The translations under genes were made by a program, and so were the position numbers. DNA of 63,557 bases, counting the filler, from Welwitschia mirabilis (Eukaryota): assembly GCA_051453625.1 (NCBI GenBank). It is 6 parts of one record of this genome, joined end to end, with 100 filler letters (N's around TTAATTAATTAA, not from the genome) between each part and the next. Parts side by side here need not be neighbours in the genome. Positions count along the whole stretch, not along the records: positions 20,228 to 27,923 come from JBOZIK010000001.1; positions 28,024 to 33,603 come from JBOZIK010000001.1; positions 33,704 to 56,033 come from JBOZIK010000001.1; 3 more parts are not named here. One strand, written 5' to 3'. Below are positions 27,090 through 39,782 of the stretch, one piece after another. The notes beneath the pieces are model-generated. The model worked only from the letters and a program-made list of their open reading frames with translations, was not told the origin of the DNA and made no database searches. Positions within the stretch are counted from its first letter, which is position 1, and each line of letters starts with the position of its first letter.

Positions 27090-28400
27090 TAGTTGTGGCT
27101 ATATACGTAAACATTTTCCGTCCAATACAAATATCCTCAAATTGGAGATGGTGCCGTTCCTTATGTTACATGCCACTGTCCACTTTTCCTTATTGATCTT
27201 CCATGTTCTCCCACTAATGGTAATTATGAAACCAACAAACTCAAGTTGCTTGATGGAAATCAAGCCTTTTACCATTTCTGTAGCATGATGAAAATCTTTC
27301 AATGTCAAACTCTGTTTATGTTAGGATCGAAATGTATTCTCGAGGGGGAATAAATAGAGTATCTTAAAAAATTTAAGCAAATTTATGATCACAACTCTAT
27401 GAAGAAAATATAAATGCTGAAAACAAAGAGGACACTAGACTTTATAGTGGTTTGATACTACGGCCTACGCCACTCTCATGGGACAGCAATTGCTATCAAC
27501 CTCTTGATTTTATTATCTTAATAGATCCACTTAGTCACCTCCTTCTTTTGTATCACGAAACAAGAGGGAGGATAATACATCAATGCTCAACCCTGTGAGC
27601 AAATCGAATTAGAGGGTTCTTGAGAGAGAGTCTAATGGAAGAGTGCTTTGGCAATGAACAGTACATTAGCAGTGAAGAATGCAAATGAATGAGATAGCTT
27701 AGTTTAGCTTAGAGTTCTCCTTTTTCCTTTTTGAAGCAGGATTATACAAAATAGGTATAGTTACATTAGATCAGATTGAGTATGCTCTATTTAAGCATAT
27801 GAAGGGGAAGTAGCTGTTGTAGTCTGCCTAGAAAGAAGAGCCGCCTTGCAAAATGTATTGCAGACCAGCAGAGACCCCTTTCTACATGGGAAAAGCACAT
27901 TGGGCAGCCAAACGGATCTGTACNNNNNNNNNNNNNNNNNNNNNNNNNNNNNNNNNNNNNNNNNNNNTTAATTAATTAANNNNNNNNNNNNNNNNNNNNN
28001 NNNNNNNNNNNNNNNNNNNNNNNCCCGATCTACTGTGTCAGACGTCCTACTCTGAAAGCACTTCTATGTAACATCTGTGATGGGTGCCACACGTCCCACC
28101 ATTCATTAGTTGTCAGATTTTGTTGTTTCATCTTATTCTTGTACTCGAAGTGTTCATCATTGAAACTTCTTGATTTTTGACATTGTTGTAACAGTTTATT
28201 GTCCCCTTCTAGGAATAGCAAGCTGGTGCCACAAATCTCATCAACACAATCATCTCTAACAAAAACCAACTTGAATGAAACATTTGGATGAGCAGATAAC
28301 ATTGCTTTATATGGAGAAACATGGAATGAGGCATCAAATTTTAAAATCTAGATATTTGAACAATCATACTGAGAAATATGGACATCACCTATCTATGTAG
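27090..28400 (-). pseudogene. Highly decayed Copia (Tnt1/Tork-like) protease region interrupted by an LTR
   Basis: On -: ILKFDASFHVS (~28316-28348; cf. ILDSGASFH) and TLKDFHHATEMVKGLISIKQL...WKINK (ORF 27099-27308; cf. LKDVRHVP..LISLGQL..WKV.KG). Confidence 0.6.
27319..28193 (-). mobile_element. SIRE-like LTR insertion (solo LTR, or interior hidden in the contig join) with TSD GTTTA
   Basis: GTTTA (27314-27318) TG...CA GTTTA (28194-28198). The start (CTCGAGGGGGAATAAATAG) resembles the SIRE LTR ends at 33221 and 41510. Confidence 0.75.
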
Positions 28401-29919
28401 TGAGTGTCATGTGCCATAAATCCTAAAGTTCACATGAGTTGACATGAATACTTATGTATTAATTTTGACTCATTAATTGAGTAAGAAGTTGTAATTGCCT
28501 ATCTAAGGGGCATTACTATTGTAGAAAGGTCACAAATGTAACACACAACTCTTGGTCAAATGTATGAAGGATGATATAGCCGGGGTGTAGGGCAANNNNN
28601 NNNNNNNNNNNNNNNNNNNNNNNNNNNNNNNNNNNNNNNNNNNNNNNNNNNNNNNNNNNNNNNNNNNNNNNNNNNNNNNNNNNNNNNNNNNNNNNNNNNN
28701 NNNNNNNNNNNNNNNNNNNNNNNNNNNNNNNNNNNNNNNNNNNNNNNNNNNNNNNNNNNNNNNNNNNNNNNNNNNNNNNNNNNNNNNNNNNNNNNNNNNN
28801 NNNNNNNNNNNNNNNNNNNNNNNNNNNNNNNNNNNNNNNNNNNNNNNNNNNNNNNNNNNNNNNNNNNNNNNNNNNNNNNNNNNNNNNNNNNNNNNNNNNN
28901 NNNNNNNNNNNNNNNNNNNNNNNNNNNNNNNNNNNNNNNNNNNNNNNNNNNNNNNNNNNNNNNNNNNNNNNNNNNNNNNNNNNNNNNNNNNNNNNNNNNN
29001 NNNNNNNNNNNNNNNNNNNNNNNNNNNNNNNNNNNNNNNNNNNNNNNNNNNNNNNNNNNNNNNNNNNNNNNNNNNNNNNNNNNNNNNNNNNNNNNNNNNN
29101 NNNNNNNNNNNNNNNNNNNNNNNNNNNNNNNNNNNNNNNNNNNNNNNNNNNNNNNNNNNNNNNNNNNNNNNNNNNNNNNNNNNNNNNNNNNNNNNNNNNN
29201 NNNNNNNNNNNNNTAAGCCAAAACACCCTTCTTGACGTTAACAGTTTGTGGTTGGATAGGGTATCTTTTATGAATTAATAATGATAAGTTTTGTTTTCTA
29301 TTTTTTTAATGTCTATTATAATTATTTTAGTACTTAAATTCTTTGTCATGCATTTTCATCAAATAAGCATATGTGCATTCTAATTTTGGAATATTAAGAC
29401 ATGGGAAAGACATGGGAAAGTCACAATTGGTATCCAAGCAAATGATCCACAAAATTGTAAGAGGAAAAGAATAAATAAAATTAACAAAAGTGACCATCAA
29501 GGCCAAACTCATGATTAAAAAACAAAGGAATTTAAGATGGGATTCACAATTGTAAGAGATATTAATGTCACCCCTGATAAAGACTTTGAAATGACACTTG
29601 GCAGAGGCTCAGTAGAGGGTATAGCAAGCAAACGACATAGAAAAATGCAAATATATTTACATCAAACCCATCTTGGTTTTTGTTTAACTCTAGTACCTAA
29701 ATATGAACTCAAGCGTGGGGGTCAAAGGGGATCGGCACAATGTTGGTTGAGTGTCCCCACTAGGGATTTGTGGGTAGCATCATAGGAGCTTGGAAAAGGT
29801 TAATTTTGCACTATGTTTTTTTAAAGATTTTTTGCATTATTTACATGTATTAAAAGACTACTTGTATTATGTTTTTGAAGTGTTAAATAGGCACAAAAAT
29901 AGAAAATAATCATTCTGGA

Positions 29920-31030
29920 ATAGCTATAGGGTGCCAAGGTGCTAAACTGGAGTGATCTATTGACACAACCATTGGCATAGAATGCCAATGTGTTGAACTC
30001 AAGCGATTTATTGATGCAATAGGTGCTAGAAGGCACCAGTATGCTAACGGGGAGTTAACAGAAGGTCACGAAGACAAAACAGGGTGCCAATATGCTAATT
30101 ACGCATCAACAAAAGGTCACAAAAATAGAATAGGGCCTTGGTATGCTAACTCGGAGTCAATAGAAGGTGACAAAGACAAAGGAAGACACTAGCATATTGA
30201 CTAGGGGACAATAAAAGGCCACAAGGGCAAAGGAGGGCAGTATGTCAACTAGGCGTCAATAAAAGGTTATAGAAACAAAAAAGGGCACAAGTATCTTGAC
30301 TAACAGTCAATAGTAGGTCACAAAGACAAAGGAGGGCACCGGAATGTTGGCTATGAGTTAAGAGAAGGTTATCAAGACAACTGAGAGTGCCAATACGTTG
30401 AACAAGAGTCAATAGAAGAACGAAAAGTCACTATAGGATGCTAGTACGCTAACTGGGATGTGGATGCTTATAGATTGACTATAGGGTGTCAATATGTTGA
30501 CTAGGACAACATGGATGCCTATATACTAATTATAGGGCATTAGTATTCTGACTAGGATTGCATGGTTGCTTATAGATCACCTAGAGGGTGCTAGGATGCT
30601 ACTTAGGATCACAATGTTATGTGTAGATTGACTATAGGACACTAATATGCTGTCTAGGATTGCACTAATGCTAGTAGACTGACTATAGGGTGCTAGTATG
30701 TTGACTAGGATTGCTTTCTTACCTGTAGAGTCACTATAGGGCATTAGTATGCTAACTAGGATGGCATTGTTGTTGCTTATAGACTGAGTGTAGAATGCTA
30801 GTATGCTGACTAGGACTACACTATTGCCTAGATTGACTATAAGGTGCCAATATGCTTACTAGTATGCTGATTAAGATTGTCTTGATGCCTAGAGACTGAC
30901 TATAGGGTACTAGTGTGCTGACTAGGATTGCTTTGTTGCCTATAGGCTCACTATAGGCTGCTAGTATGTTGACTAGGGTTGCTCTATTACCTATAAAGTC
31001 ATTGGAGGGCATTAGGATGCTGGCTAGAAC
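29920..31030. repeat. ~51-bp tandem array, roughly 20 diverged copies, two monomer subtypes
   Basis: ACTATAGG recurs at 30631, 30682 and 30733 (period 51). (G/A)AAGGTCAC-like motif recurs at ~30061, 30112 and 30163. Shared core is roughly GGGTGCYARTATGYTRACTAGG. Confidence 0.85.
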
Positions 31031-31203
31031 CTATTTAGACTTTACAAATGGGTCAAACTATTATGATAAAAGGTAATTGATCAAGAAATTTATATTGCGA
31101 AACAAACTCTAAGTGAGATAGTTACCAAAATTGCTATAACAATTTAATTTGTTAAATTTTGCTGAATAACGTTTTGTTACAAATAGTTTTTGTCAGTTTT
31201 AAT

Positions 31204-31295
31204 TGTTACATGGTTGCATAACCAAATTGGCTGCTATAAATAGAAAGTATGTTACATGGTTGCATAACCAAATTGGCTGCTATAAATAGAAAGTA
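31204..31295. repeat. Perfect 46-bp tandem duplication containing a TATAAATA box
   Basis: TGTTACATGGTTGCATAACCAAATTGGCTGCTATAAATAGAAAGTA x2 (31204-31249, 31250-31295). Confidence 0.95.
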
Positions 31296-33220
31296 GGGTA
31301 CAAATAGGGGCATGGCATCTTGGCAACATGTACATTGGCATACCATTGGAGATCGCGTGAATAATCATATCAATGCCCTTGAGCAAAGGATCTAGGAAGT
31401 CCATTGACAGAATTAAGGCAATAAGGCGAATTTTGAGGCCTCTTAATAGCAAGAAAACTAGAAACAAAACTACATCTTACGAGTCCTCAAAGGAAGACCA
31501 TGGGAACAACATATGCAAAGCTTTACCTAGATCTCAAGCCTCGGAAGAAATTCATAGGCAAGTGCAAGAGTGCAAAGATCGAACCCATAGGTTGCATTAA
31601 GAAGCACGAAGCCAATCCACCGAAGAATGAGACTTTCAAGAAACATTAATCCAAATCAAGATGTAAGTGGATACTTCTTGATCTTGTGTAGAAGCATTAG
31701 AGTGGCTATAAGGCATCAAAAATCATTTTCAACTGAAGAATGTCGAAAATGGTAATCATAGCAAATATGTATCTATGTTCTTAATAGGTGATGTAGCAAG
31801 TTGGTGGGGTGGACTATGCACAAGGAGGAATGATTGGGTGGAACAGAGTGGCTTTATAGAAGAATTTTGCAAAGCATTCATTGTTGACTACTTGTCAGTA
31901 ACTGATGGATGCAATTTAAATGATTGCATTTGATAAAGAAAAACTTGGATAAGCATTGGGAAGAGTTTCAAAAGTTGGCAAAATTTCAGCATCATAGGGA
32001 TCCTGAAGAATTAGCCAATGACTTTATTGGAATCCTTCTGCCGATGTCATGGAATTTGGTATGCTTGCAACCCAAATCACCTCAAAAAGCATACAAAAAG
32101 ACCAAATATTACATGGAAGTCGAGCAACAAGTCATGATGAATGCCTACATGGAAACCAATGTTGGATCGCACCCTCAACCTCAGTAGTTCCAATGGAGTC
32201 AATTGCTCATAGATTACAATGATTGTAGCAAAAGGGACACATTGCAAGGAATTGTCTAAAGAATAACAAAGGGGCGAATCCCAACTAGGCCCCACCTTTG
32301 TAGAAAGGATAGTAGCAAGTAGGAAAGTGACTGCTTGCAGCCATCCAGACAAAAAAACGAGACGAGGATGAGGATTTCAAGCTAGCAAATCAAGAAACCA
32401 TAGAAGTCCCTATGGAGATGTGTTAGTTTGAGGACAAACAAATGTCCTAAAGGGTAGAATTTGTTATGTGTCATGAATGCTAGTGTTGAGAGGCAACTAA
32501 TTAGTTACTTAATAAACATGCCTTATTAAATGAATTAAACATTTATTATGAGTCAAATGAGTTGACATGAATAATTAGGTATTAATTATAACTAATTAAT
32601 TAAGTGAGTAGTTATAATTGTTTGTCTAACATGTATGCCTCTTGCAGAATATTCACAAATGTAACTTGAACCCCTTGACCAATGTCAAAAGGATGATCTA
32701 GTTGGGGCGTAGGGTGGAACAGGTTGGTTGCAATCCTTGACAAAGATGGCTTGGCCACCTGGCAATCCTAGAGAGGATCTCGAAGGTAGACAGTCTTGGC
32801 TAGTCTGTCAAGCCAAAATACCTTCCTTGACATTGGCAGTTTGTGGTTGGAGAGAGAATGTTTTCTAAATTAATAAAGATAAGTGTTGATTTATATGCCT
32901 TTCCTTAGGTGTGGAAATGATAACAATGTTCACTTTCCAAACTGAAGTGGCGGGGAGGGGGGGGGGGGAGGACAGAGAGGGAGAGAGAGGGGGGGAAGAG
33001 AGAGGAGAGACAGAGAGGGCGGAAAGGGAAGATAGGAAGAAGGGAGAAAGAAAAGAAAGAAATGAAAGAGGGAGGGGAAGAGTGGAGAGGAGAAAAAAGT
33101 TGCAAAGGGAAACTTTTCGGTGTAGGGGCTGCAGAGCACCTTCTCTAATGTAGAAGACTCATACTGGAGGTCTGATCCGTCCATGTCCTCACTTGATTCT
33201 TCCTTCTTTTGTGTACTAGT

Positions 33221-34390
33221 TGTCAAGACCATATGGCACCCTAGAGGGGGGTGTATAGGGTGTTTAAAAATATTTTCCTATTAAATCAACTACGTTAACC
33301 TTTAAACAAGAACAAATAAGCAGGAAGAAAGCAAAATATAGGCAACAAGAAAACACTAGAGCTTTTATCGTGGTTTTTCTCTTTGCCTGCTCCACTCTCA
33401 GGGGCTAGCAATAGCTTCCAGCCTCCTGGTTCCCTTAATACTTTAAAGCTTATAAGAACTTTGGCCTAGGGTCGACAGTTTCATACAATTTCCTTCTTTC
33501 AAAGAGACTTTACACCAATGCTCAGCCTTGAGCACACAACACAATGCAACCTGAAGAGTTTGATGTAAGTAGTGTGTCTTAGTGTGCATTGATCATTAGC
33601 TTGNNNNNNNNNNNNNNNNNNNNNNNNNNNNNNNNNNNNNNNNNNNNTTAATTAATTAANNNNNNNNNNNNNNNNNNNNNNNNNNNNNNNNNNNNNNNNN
33701 NNNCTCAGATTTAGGAACAATAGCATAGAGGAGGATTCTTCCCGTGATAGATAATACAATGTTATTGCATAAGTGAGAGGTATTCTGCAAATGATGTTCT
33801 TCTCTTTTATACAAGACTTATCAATATATGGCTGTTACAGCTTTAAACCATGAGTCTTCAACCTTGGATAGTGTGCTAGTAAAGCTCCATGTTCGTTGGC
33901 GTCTTGAAACGCATAACTCTTATGTTCAGACCGACTATTTTTACCCTCCAATGTTTGCTTGCTTGGATGTTCCCTTTTGAAAGTCCGGACGTCCATGTTA
34001 TAGTACTTGGCCTTGTCATAACTGCATAGGATGCCGAACCTCCCAGTTGAGAATCCAGACGCCCCCATAATTAAGGCCGAGTATAGGTGCACGTGTCTTG
34101 TCTTATGATTTGGATGTCCATATGTATTTTGTCTGCAAATAGGGGTGCACATTCTAGTTTCAGATCTGGACTGCACACAGTGCTGGACGTCCCGGTTTTA
34201 GATCTGAACGTCCCTGTACACTAAGCCACATACAAGGGTGGATGTCATCGTTTCAGATCCAGACATCCTAGTTAGTACTAACTCTAAATATCTCATTTTT
34301 GGCTCTTCTTTGATGGAGAATTTTGGTCTATGTCACTGCTTGGGATTTGCTAGAATCTATTCATCATCATTGAAACATAGACCTTCAACA
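33221..34390 (-). repeat. 3' LTR of SIRE element (contains a contig join)
   Basis: Ends match 41510-41750 and 41750-41872. Internal GGACGTCC/GTCCGGAC-like repeats at 33960-34270. Confidence 0.88.
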
Positions 34391-34673
34391 ATCTCCCCCA
34401 TTCAATGATGACAATGTTTCTTGGGACTTTGGAGATGGAATAGTCAGTTACTCCCCCTAAATTTGTGGTCCTGAGATTGCCTGATACTTGCACATTTAGC
34501 TTAACAAAAATTTGTCTTTGTAGACTTTTTAGAGTAAGAGATTTTGAATGGATGGCAACAAATTTCAAAATTTCAAAATTGAGAGGTTGACAATGGAGCA
34601 CTACTTAAGCAATTGTTCATTATTCTCCCCTTTTGTCATTATTGAAAAATAATAAATAGTGTATTAAAGAAAC

Positions 34674-35083
34674 CATACTTTTAAAATGTGGAATCGCGAC
34701 GGAATCGTGACTCGGAATCGCCTGGAATCACAGAGTTAAAAAATAAGTATAAATATGATATTTTAAATGGTTTTCAACATTTTTATTGCATTTTTAATGA
34801 CAAATAAGACCTAAAACAACATAGAGAAGTAAAAACTTTCACAATGAGAAAATAATATTTTTTTTATGAAGTATTTGTTCATGGAATCGCCGGAATCGCC
34901 AGAATCGCGCCGGAATCACCGGAATCGCGATGGAATCACCTGAATCGTGATTCCAGTGGCCAGAATCACGATTCCAGTGGCCAAAAGCGCGATTCCTGGA
35001 AAAAAGCGATTCCGGGGTGAATCAGAGCGTTTTTTCCGGAATCGATCCAGAATCGCGATTCCGCTCCGCATTTTAAAAGTATG
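34674..35083. mobile_element. hAT-family MITE (410 bp) with perfect 8-bp TSD
   Basis: TIRs CATACTTTTAAAATGTGGA / TCCGCATTTTAAAAGTATG; TSD AAAGAAAC at 34666-34673 and 35084-35091; many subterminal GGAATCG/CGATTCC repeats. Confidence 0.92.
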
Positions 35084-35238
35084 AAAGAAACATTGAGAGA
35101 GAAAAAGAAACGATATTTTATTATTGAAAATCGAGTTTACAAAAGATGGTAGATTTGAGATACAACTAATTATGGATGAACAGACAGAAGTACAAAATAA
35201 GAGCATGAGAGGAGATACAACTGGATATGGATAACCAA

Positions 35239-36210
35239 CTATTCAGAGGAGTCATCATGCTCAGAATCTATGGGTTGCAGTTCCTCTTCCTTTGATCCAG
35301 GTGAAATCTCCAGGCCATAGGGAGATAAACCAAGTACAATTTTATCAACTTCCTTGTGCATGTTATTTGCAACTTGTTGAGCTTTCAGTGCTATCTTGTT
35401 GACCTCGAGAATTGCCTTCAATGAATCTTCATTACTCACTAGTCATGAGCTTGGGCCTTCTTTAGTATGTTGTTTCTTTTTGGGAGGAGGAGCAAGACCC
35501 ACGATTTCAGAAAAGATGTTCATTTTCTTTAAAGAGTAAAGGCCTAGTGGCTTAGGCACTTTGGCTAGTTCTTCATAATTCTAAATTACAAACTGATGTT
35601 TTTCCAAAATAACTGTAATTGATCCTCCAAATGGTAAGTTGCTGTAGCACACTTATAATTGACTCATGTAGAACATTATAAATTTTTTAATTTTAACTCC
35701 AGTGCTAAGGCAGAACAAGATATAAGCACAAAGAGGTAACACTTCATCTTTGTGACTGAGTTTGGGCACTAGATTATGAGTAAAAATTTGAAACAACCCT
35801 CTATAAAATGGTTTTAGCTTGTTTGTAGGTATACTAGCTCTCCATGCAACATTTGAGCCACAAAGTTCTGAAGTTAAAACATTTTTCAAAACAACTTCTT
35901 GTAGTGAACTAATTGATATAGTTTTTCTAAAGAAGCCCCCATCGGGATAACCAGTAACTAAAGAAATGGCTTTTAAATCCACATTTACCCTTCTACCATA
36001 TGCTTTTGATGTAAAAATCCAATCTGAAGCTTAAGTATCTGGTTCTAATGATTACAACCACTCTTGTTCCTCAAATTTATGGACTATCTTCCATTTTGGA
36101 GGAAGTGGTCTTTTAGAAAAGCCTCCAAACGAGGATTGTCTGTGCTCTGGAGTGAGAAACCATAGGTTCCTTTTCCTTTCTTAAAGCAGCCAACTTACTG
36201 CTCACCATGA
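35239..36210 (-). pseudogene. SIRE env-like/extra ORF remnant
   Basis: Lies between pol and the multi-PPT. ORF pieces 35653-35982 (FYRGLFQIFTHNLVPKLSHKDEV) and 35239-35439 (coiled-coil-like, acidic tail). Confidence 0.65.
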
Positions 36211-36618
36211 TGACTATAGGGGGCAGAGAGGGGGAGGGGGAGAAGGGAGGGAGAGAAAGAGAGAGAGAATTGAAGATTTGAAAAATGAGAGAGAAAGGAA
36301 GACATGTGGTGAATTTAAACAAGGAGAGAGCACGAGCGTCTGCCTAGGGTTACGTCTGCATAAAAGAGTGAATGTCTGGAAAAATTTGAGCGGACGTCTA
36401 AGTTATTAAACCAGAAGATCACTTTTAGTTTAAAGAGTGGATGTCTAGGAAAAAAATGGTGTGGAAGTCTGGGTTGTAAAAATCCTGAGGATGTCTAGGT
36501 AAGTATCTGACATTCGGGTGAGAGAAAGTTACACAATTAAGATACCACCGAAAAATTTTCCAAGCCACTTAGATGGAAGAATTACATTGTTAGGAGCAAT
36601 TGGAATTATTTTAAAACA

Positions 36619-39600
36619 TTATTGAAAGGAGGGGCAAGCCCCTATACCTAAGTTCTTCCTTAAATAGGCAAATCTTTCTTCATTGAGCCCTTTGGTCAGC
36701 ACATCTGCAATCTGATCTTGCATAGGCACATATTCCAATATGATAACATTATTTTGAACTTGTTCTTTTATGAAATTATGTCTTATATCAATGCGTTTTG
36801 TTCTAGAATGTTGAGCCGCATTTTTAGTGATGTTAATGGTAGTTGTACCGTCACAAAAAAGCTTGATCAAATCTATGTTTACTTCAAAGTCTGTGAGCAT
36901 TTGTTTCATCCATAAGAGTTAAGCACAACAAGCACCGATAACAATGTATGTGGCCTCTGCAATTGATAATGACGTTGTGTTTTGCTTCTACTAAGCCATG
37001 ACGCTAAGCAGTTTCCTATGCAAAAGTACGCACCACTAGTATTCTTGTGGTTATCCACACATCTAGCGTAATCAACATCACTATATCCTACTAGCTCTAA
37101 CGTTGTGTCATAAGGGTACCAAAGACCAAAGTGTTGAGTGTTTTTTAAGGTAATGTAAAATCTTCTTAACACACACTAGATGGGATTCACTTGGATCTAA
37201 CTGATACATAGCACAGATTCCGACAGATTCTGACACCATGTGCTATGTTAGTTCTACTTGCTGTAACATAGAGTAGGCTGCCAATTAGACCTCTATATAA
37301 CTTTTGATCCACTTTATTTCCACTTATATCTTTGCTTAATTTGATGTTTGTGGATAGAGGGTTTTTACTATCTTTGCTATTGGCCATGTTGTACTTTTCT
37401 GAGACTTCTTGAATATAATAAAGATCCCATCAGTCATTTGTTTAATTTGAAGTCCTAAAAAGAAGTTTAACTCCCCTACTAGACTCATCTCAAATTCATT
37501 TTGCATAAGGTTAGCAAAGTCTACTATAAGTGCTTCTTTTGTAGAGCCAAAGACTATATCATCTAAGTATATTTGCACTATGAGTGTGTTTTTCTTGTCT
37601 CGTTTTATGAACAAGGGCGGATCAACATTACCTTTGGAAGACCCATTTGAAATGAGGAAGTAGGTTAATCTCTCAAACTAGGCTCTTTGAGCTTGCTTTA
37701 GACCATACAATGCTTTCTTCAATTTGTAAAAATAATCAAGATATTTATGATGAACAAACCCTATAGGTTGAGCAATATAGACTTTTTTATTGATATATCC
37801 ATTAAAAAAAGCACTCTTCATGTCCATTTGAAATAACTTTACCTTGTGATAACAAGCAAATGCAAGTAACATTCTAATAGCTTCAAGTCTTACTACTGGA
37901 GCAAAGGTTTCACCATGGTCAATTCCTTCTTGCTGACTATACCTTTGAGCAACCAATCTAGCTTTATTTTGGATGATATTGTGATTTTCATTGCTTTGGT
38001 TCTTAAATATTACTTGGTGCCTATTTTGTGTTGTCATTTAGGAGCTAGAACCAAATCCCAAACCTTGTTACACTCAAATTGGTTTAGCTCTTGTTGCATT
38101 GCCAACATCCAAGACTCGCCATGTTCAGCGTTTTGGAAGGTCTTGGATTCTAAGGAGGACAAACAACATAGAAAGCTAACCCTTATATTCTTTTTGCTTC
38201 TTGTAGCAGTTCCTTGATCTGGATTGCTTAGAATATTTCTTGAGGATGATCTCTTTGAGTTCTCAAAGGAAGGAAGACATCTCTTTGCATGGAATCTATC
38301 TCATTCGTTTTAGGTTGCATTGATTCATTATGGCTCCTAGAGATAGACATTGCATCACTATAGTCATCATATTCACTAACTTGCACATCATCTTGATTTG
38401 AATCTTCTATTTTGACATGAATTGTTTCTTGAACTCTATCGGTTGCTTTGTTAAAAACTCGATAAGCTCAACTACTTATGGAACTAAGAATATTCCTTCA
38501 TTAGCCTTGGAATCAAATTTGTTGGCTATACCTTTAAGGATTAGATATTTACTTTCAAACACTTTAAAATGCCCAGTATGGTTTTCTGTCCATGCCACAA
38601 CTCATAAGGAGTTTTGTTGGCACTCGGTCTCAGAAACACCCTATTGCTTATATAGTAGGATGTACTAACAACTTCTGCCCAAAAATGTTGAGCTAGAGAT
38701 TGTTCATTTAACACAGTTCCTGTCATCTCGGTTAAGACCCTTTTCTTCCTTTCTGCCATCCCATTTTGTTGAGGAGTTCTAGTGCAGAAAGTTGATGTGA
38801 AATACCATTGGAATCACAAAATTCTTCAAACTTTTTATTTACAAATTCACCTCCTTGTCAAATCAAACTCTATTAATAGTACATCCTTTTTCGTTTTGAA
38901 CTCCTATACATATCTTAACAAAGGCATCAATTGGTTAGAGTACCGCCCTGTCAAGACGGAAGTTGTGGGTTCGAGCCCCGTCAGTCCCATATGCACAATT
39001 ATTCCATCTTCTGCAAAGGCTTCATCCTTGCTTATGAGGAAGGCTATCCATGTATATATTGAAAAGTCATCAACCATTACCAAAAAGTACCTTCTTCCCT
39101 AAATACTCCTAGTTTGAGTAGGTCCCATTAGATCTATGTGAATTAGATCTAGTAGTCTGATAGAAGTTGTGTTGGATTTACTTTTGTAACTAGACTTGGT
39201 TAATTTGCCTTTTACACAAGATTCACATAGTTTTGCTTGGGATAAATTGATTTTGGGGACCCCTCTAATAGTTTCCGAAGATATGACATTGTGTAAATCT
39301 TTGAAGTTCATATGCCCAAATCTTCTGTGGCATAAGTTCACATTATCTTCTTTAGCCCAGTAACATTTCTCATCCATTTTATCATTGCTTGCAATAACAT
39401 ATATACATCTGGACCTATGACTTGTAAGAAGAACTTTATTTGATCTAGCATTTTGAACAACACCCTTGTCTTGGAAAAGGACATCATATTTCCTCTATCA
39501 TGTATTTGAGAAATACTCAATAGGTTGTGCTTTAGACTATCAAATAAATAGACGCCATGAATGGTGGGATGATCTTGGTTAGCTGCAACAATTCCTGTCC

Positions 39601-39730
39601 CAATAATGTACCCTTTATTGTTGTTCCCAAAGGTTACTTCACCACCATTATATTCTTGAAAAGAAGAAAGTAAATTCTTATCACCTGTCATATGCCTAGA
39701 GCATCGACTATCAAGGTACCATTTTGATTT
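36619..39730 (-). pseudogene. SIRE pol remnant (PR-INT-RT-RH)
   Basis: WYLDSRCSRHMTG (~39683-39722), CHRRFGHMNF...[52 protein letters not shown]; many frameshifts. Confidence 0.92.
38927..38988 (+). tRNA. trnD-GUC: 5'-truncated plastid-type tRNA-Asp(GUC) fragment inserted in the integrase (organellar insertion, non-functional)
   Basis: TCAATTGGTTAGAGTACCGCCCTGTCAAGACGGAAGTTGTGGGTTCGAGCCCCGTCAGTCCC: D-loop, anticodon GTC at 38950-38952, GGTTCGA T-loop, 3' acceptor strand. Close to land-plant plastid trnD as I recall it. The 5' GGGATTGTAGT is missing. Confidence 0.88.
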
Positions 39731-39782
39731 TTGTTGAGCCTAAAAGAAGCATAAGTGAATAGGGATGGCACAATAACTTTTC

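Larger units (their letters stand above)
28405..32905 (+). mobile_element. Degenerate gag-only Gypsy-like LTR element (boundaries approximate)
   Basis: Direct repeats: 28405-28594 plus 29214-29290 match 32462-32890. Retrotrans_gag-like MFLIGDVASWWG...FIEEFCKAF (~31775-31880). Purine tract CCTAAAGGGTAGAAT precedes TG at 32462. No pol seen. Confidence 0.5.

Noticed and set aside
3265-29226. Long poly-X ORFs in the ORF track
   Set aside because: They are read-through of N gaps, not genes.
29920-31030. CRISPR-like regular spacing
   Set aside because: Whole monomers are homologous with no unique spacers; no cas genes; eukaryotic context.
32905-33232. Low-complexity ORFs over GA-rich tracts (also 41948-42241)
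   Set aside because: Simple purine/pyrimidine tracts that lack stops by composition.
38927-38988. trnD fragment as a functional tRNA or as a primer source for the Asp-type Athila PBS
   Set aside because: It lacks the 5' acceptor strand, its host SIRE uses an iMet PBS, and its 3' end is not complementary to the PBS at ~6490.
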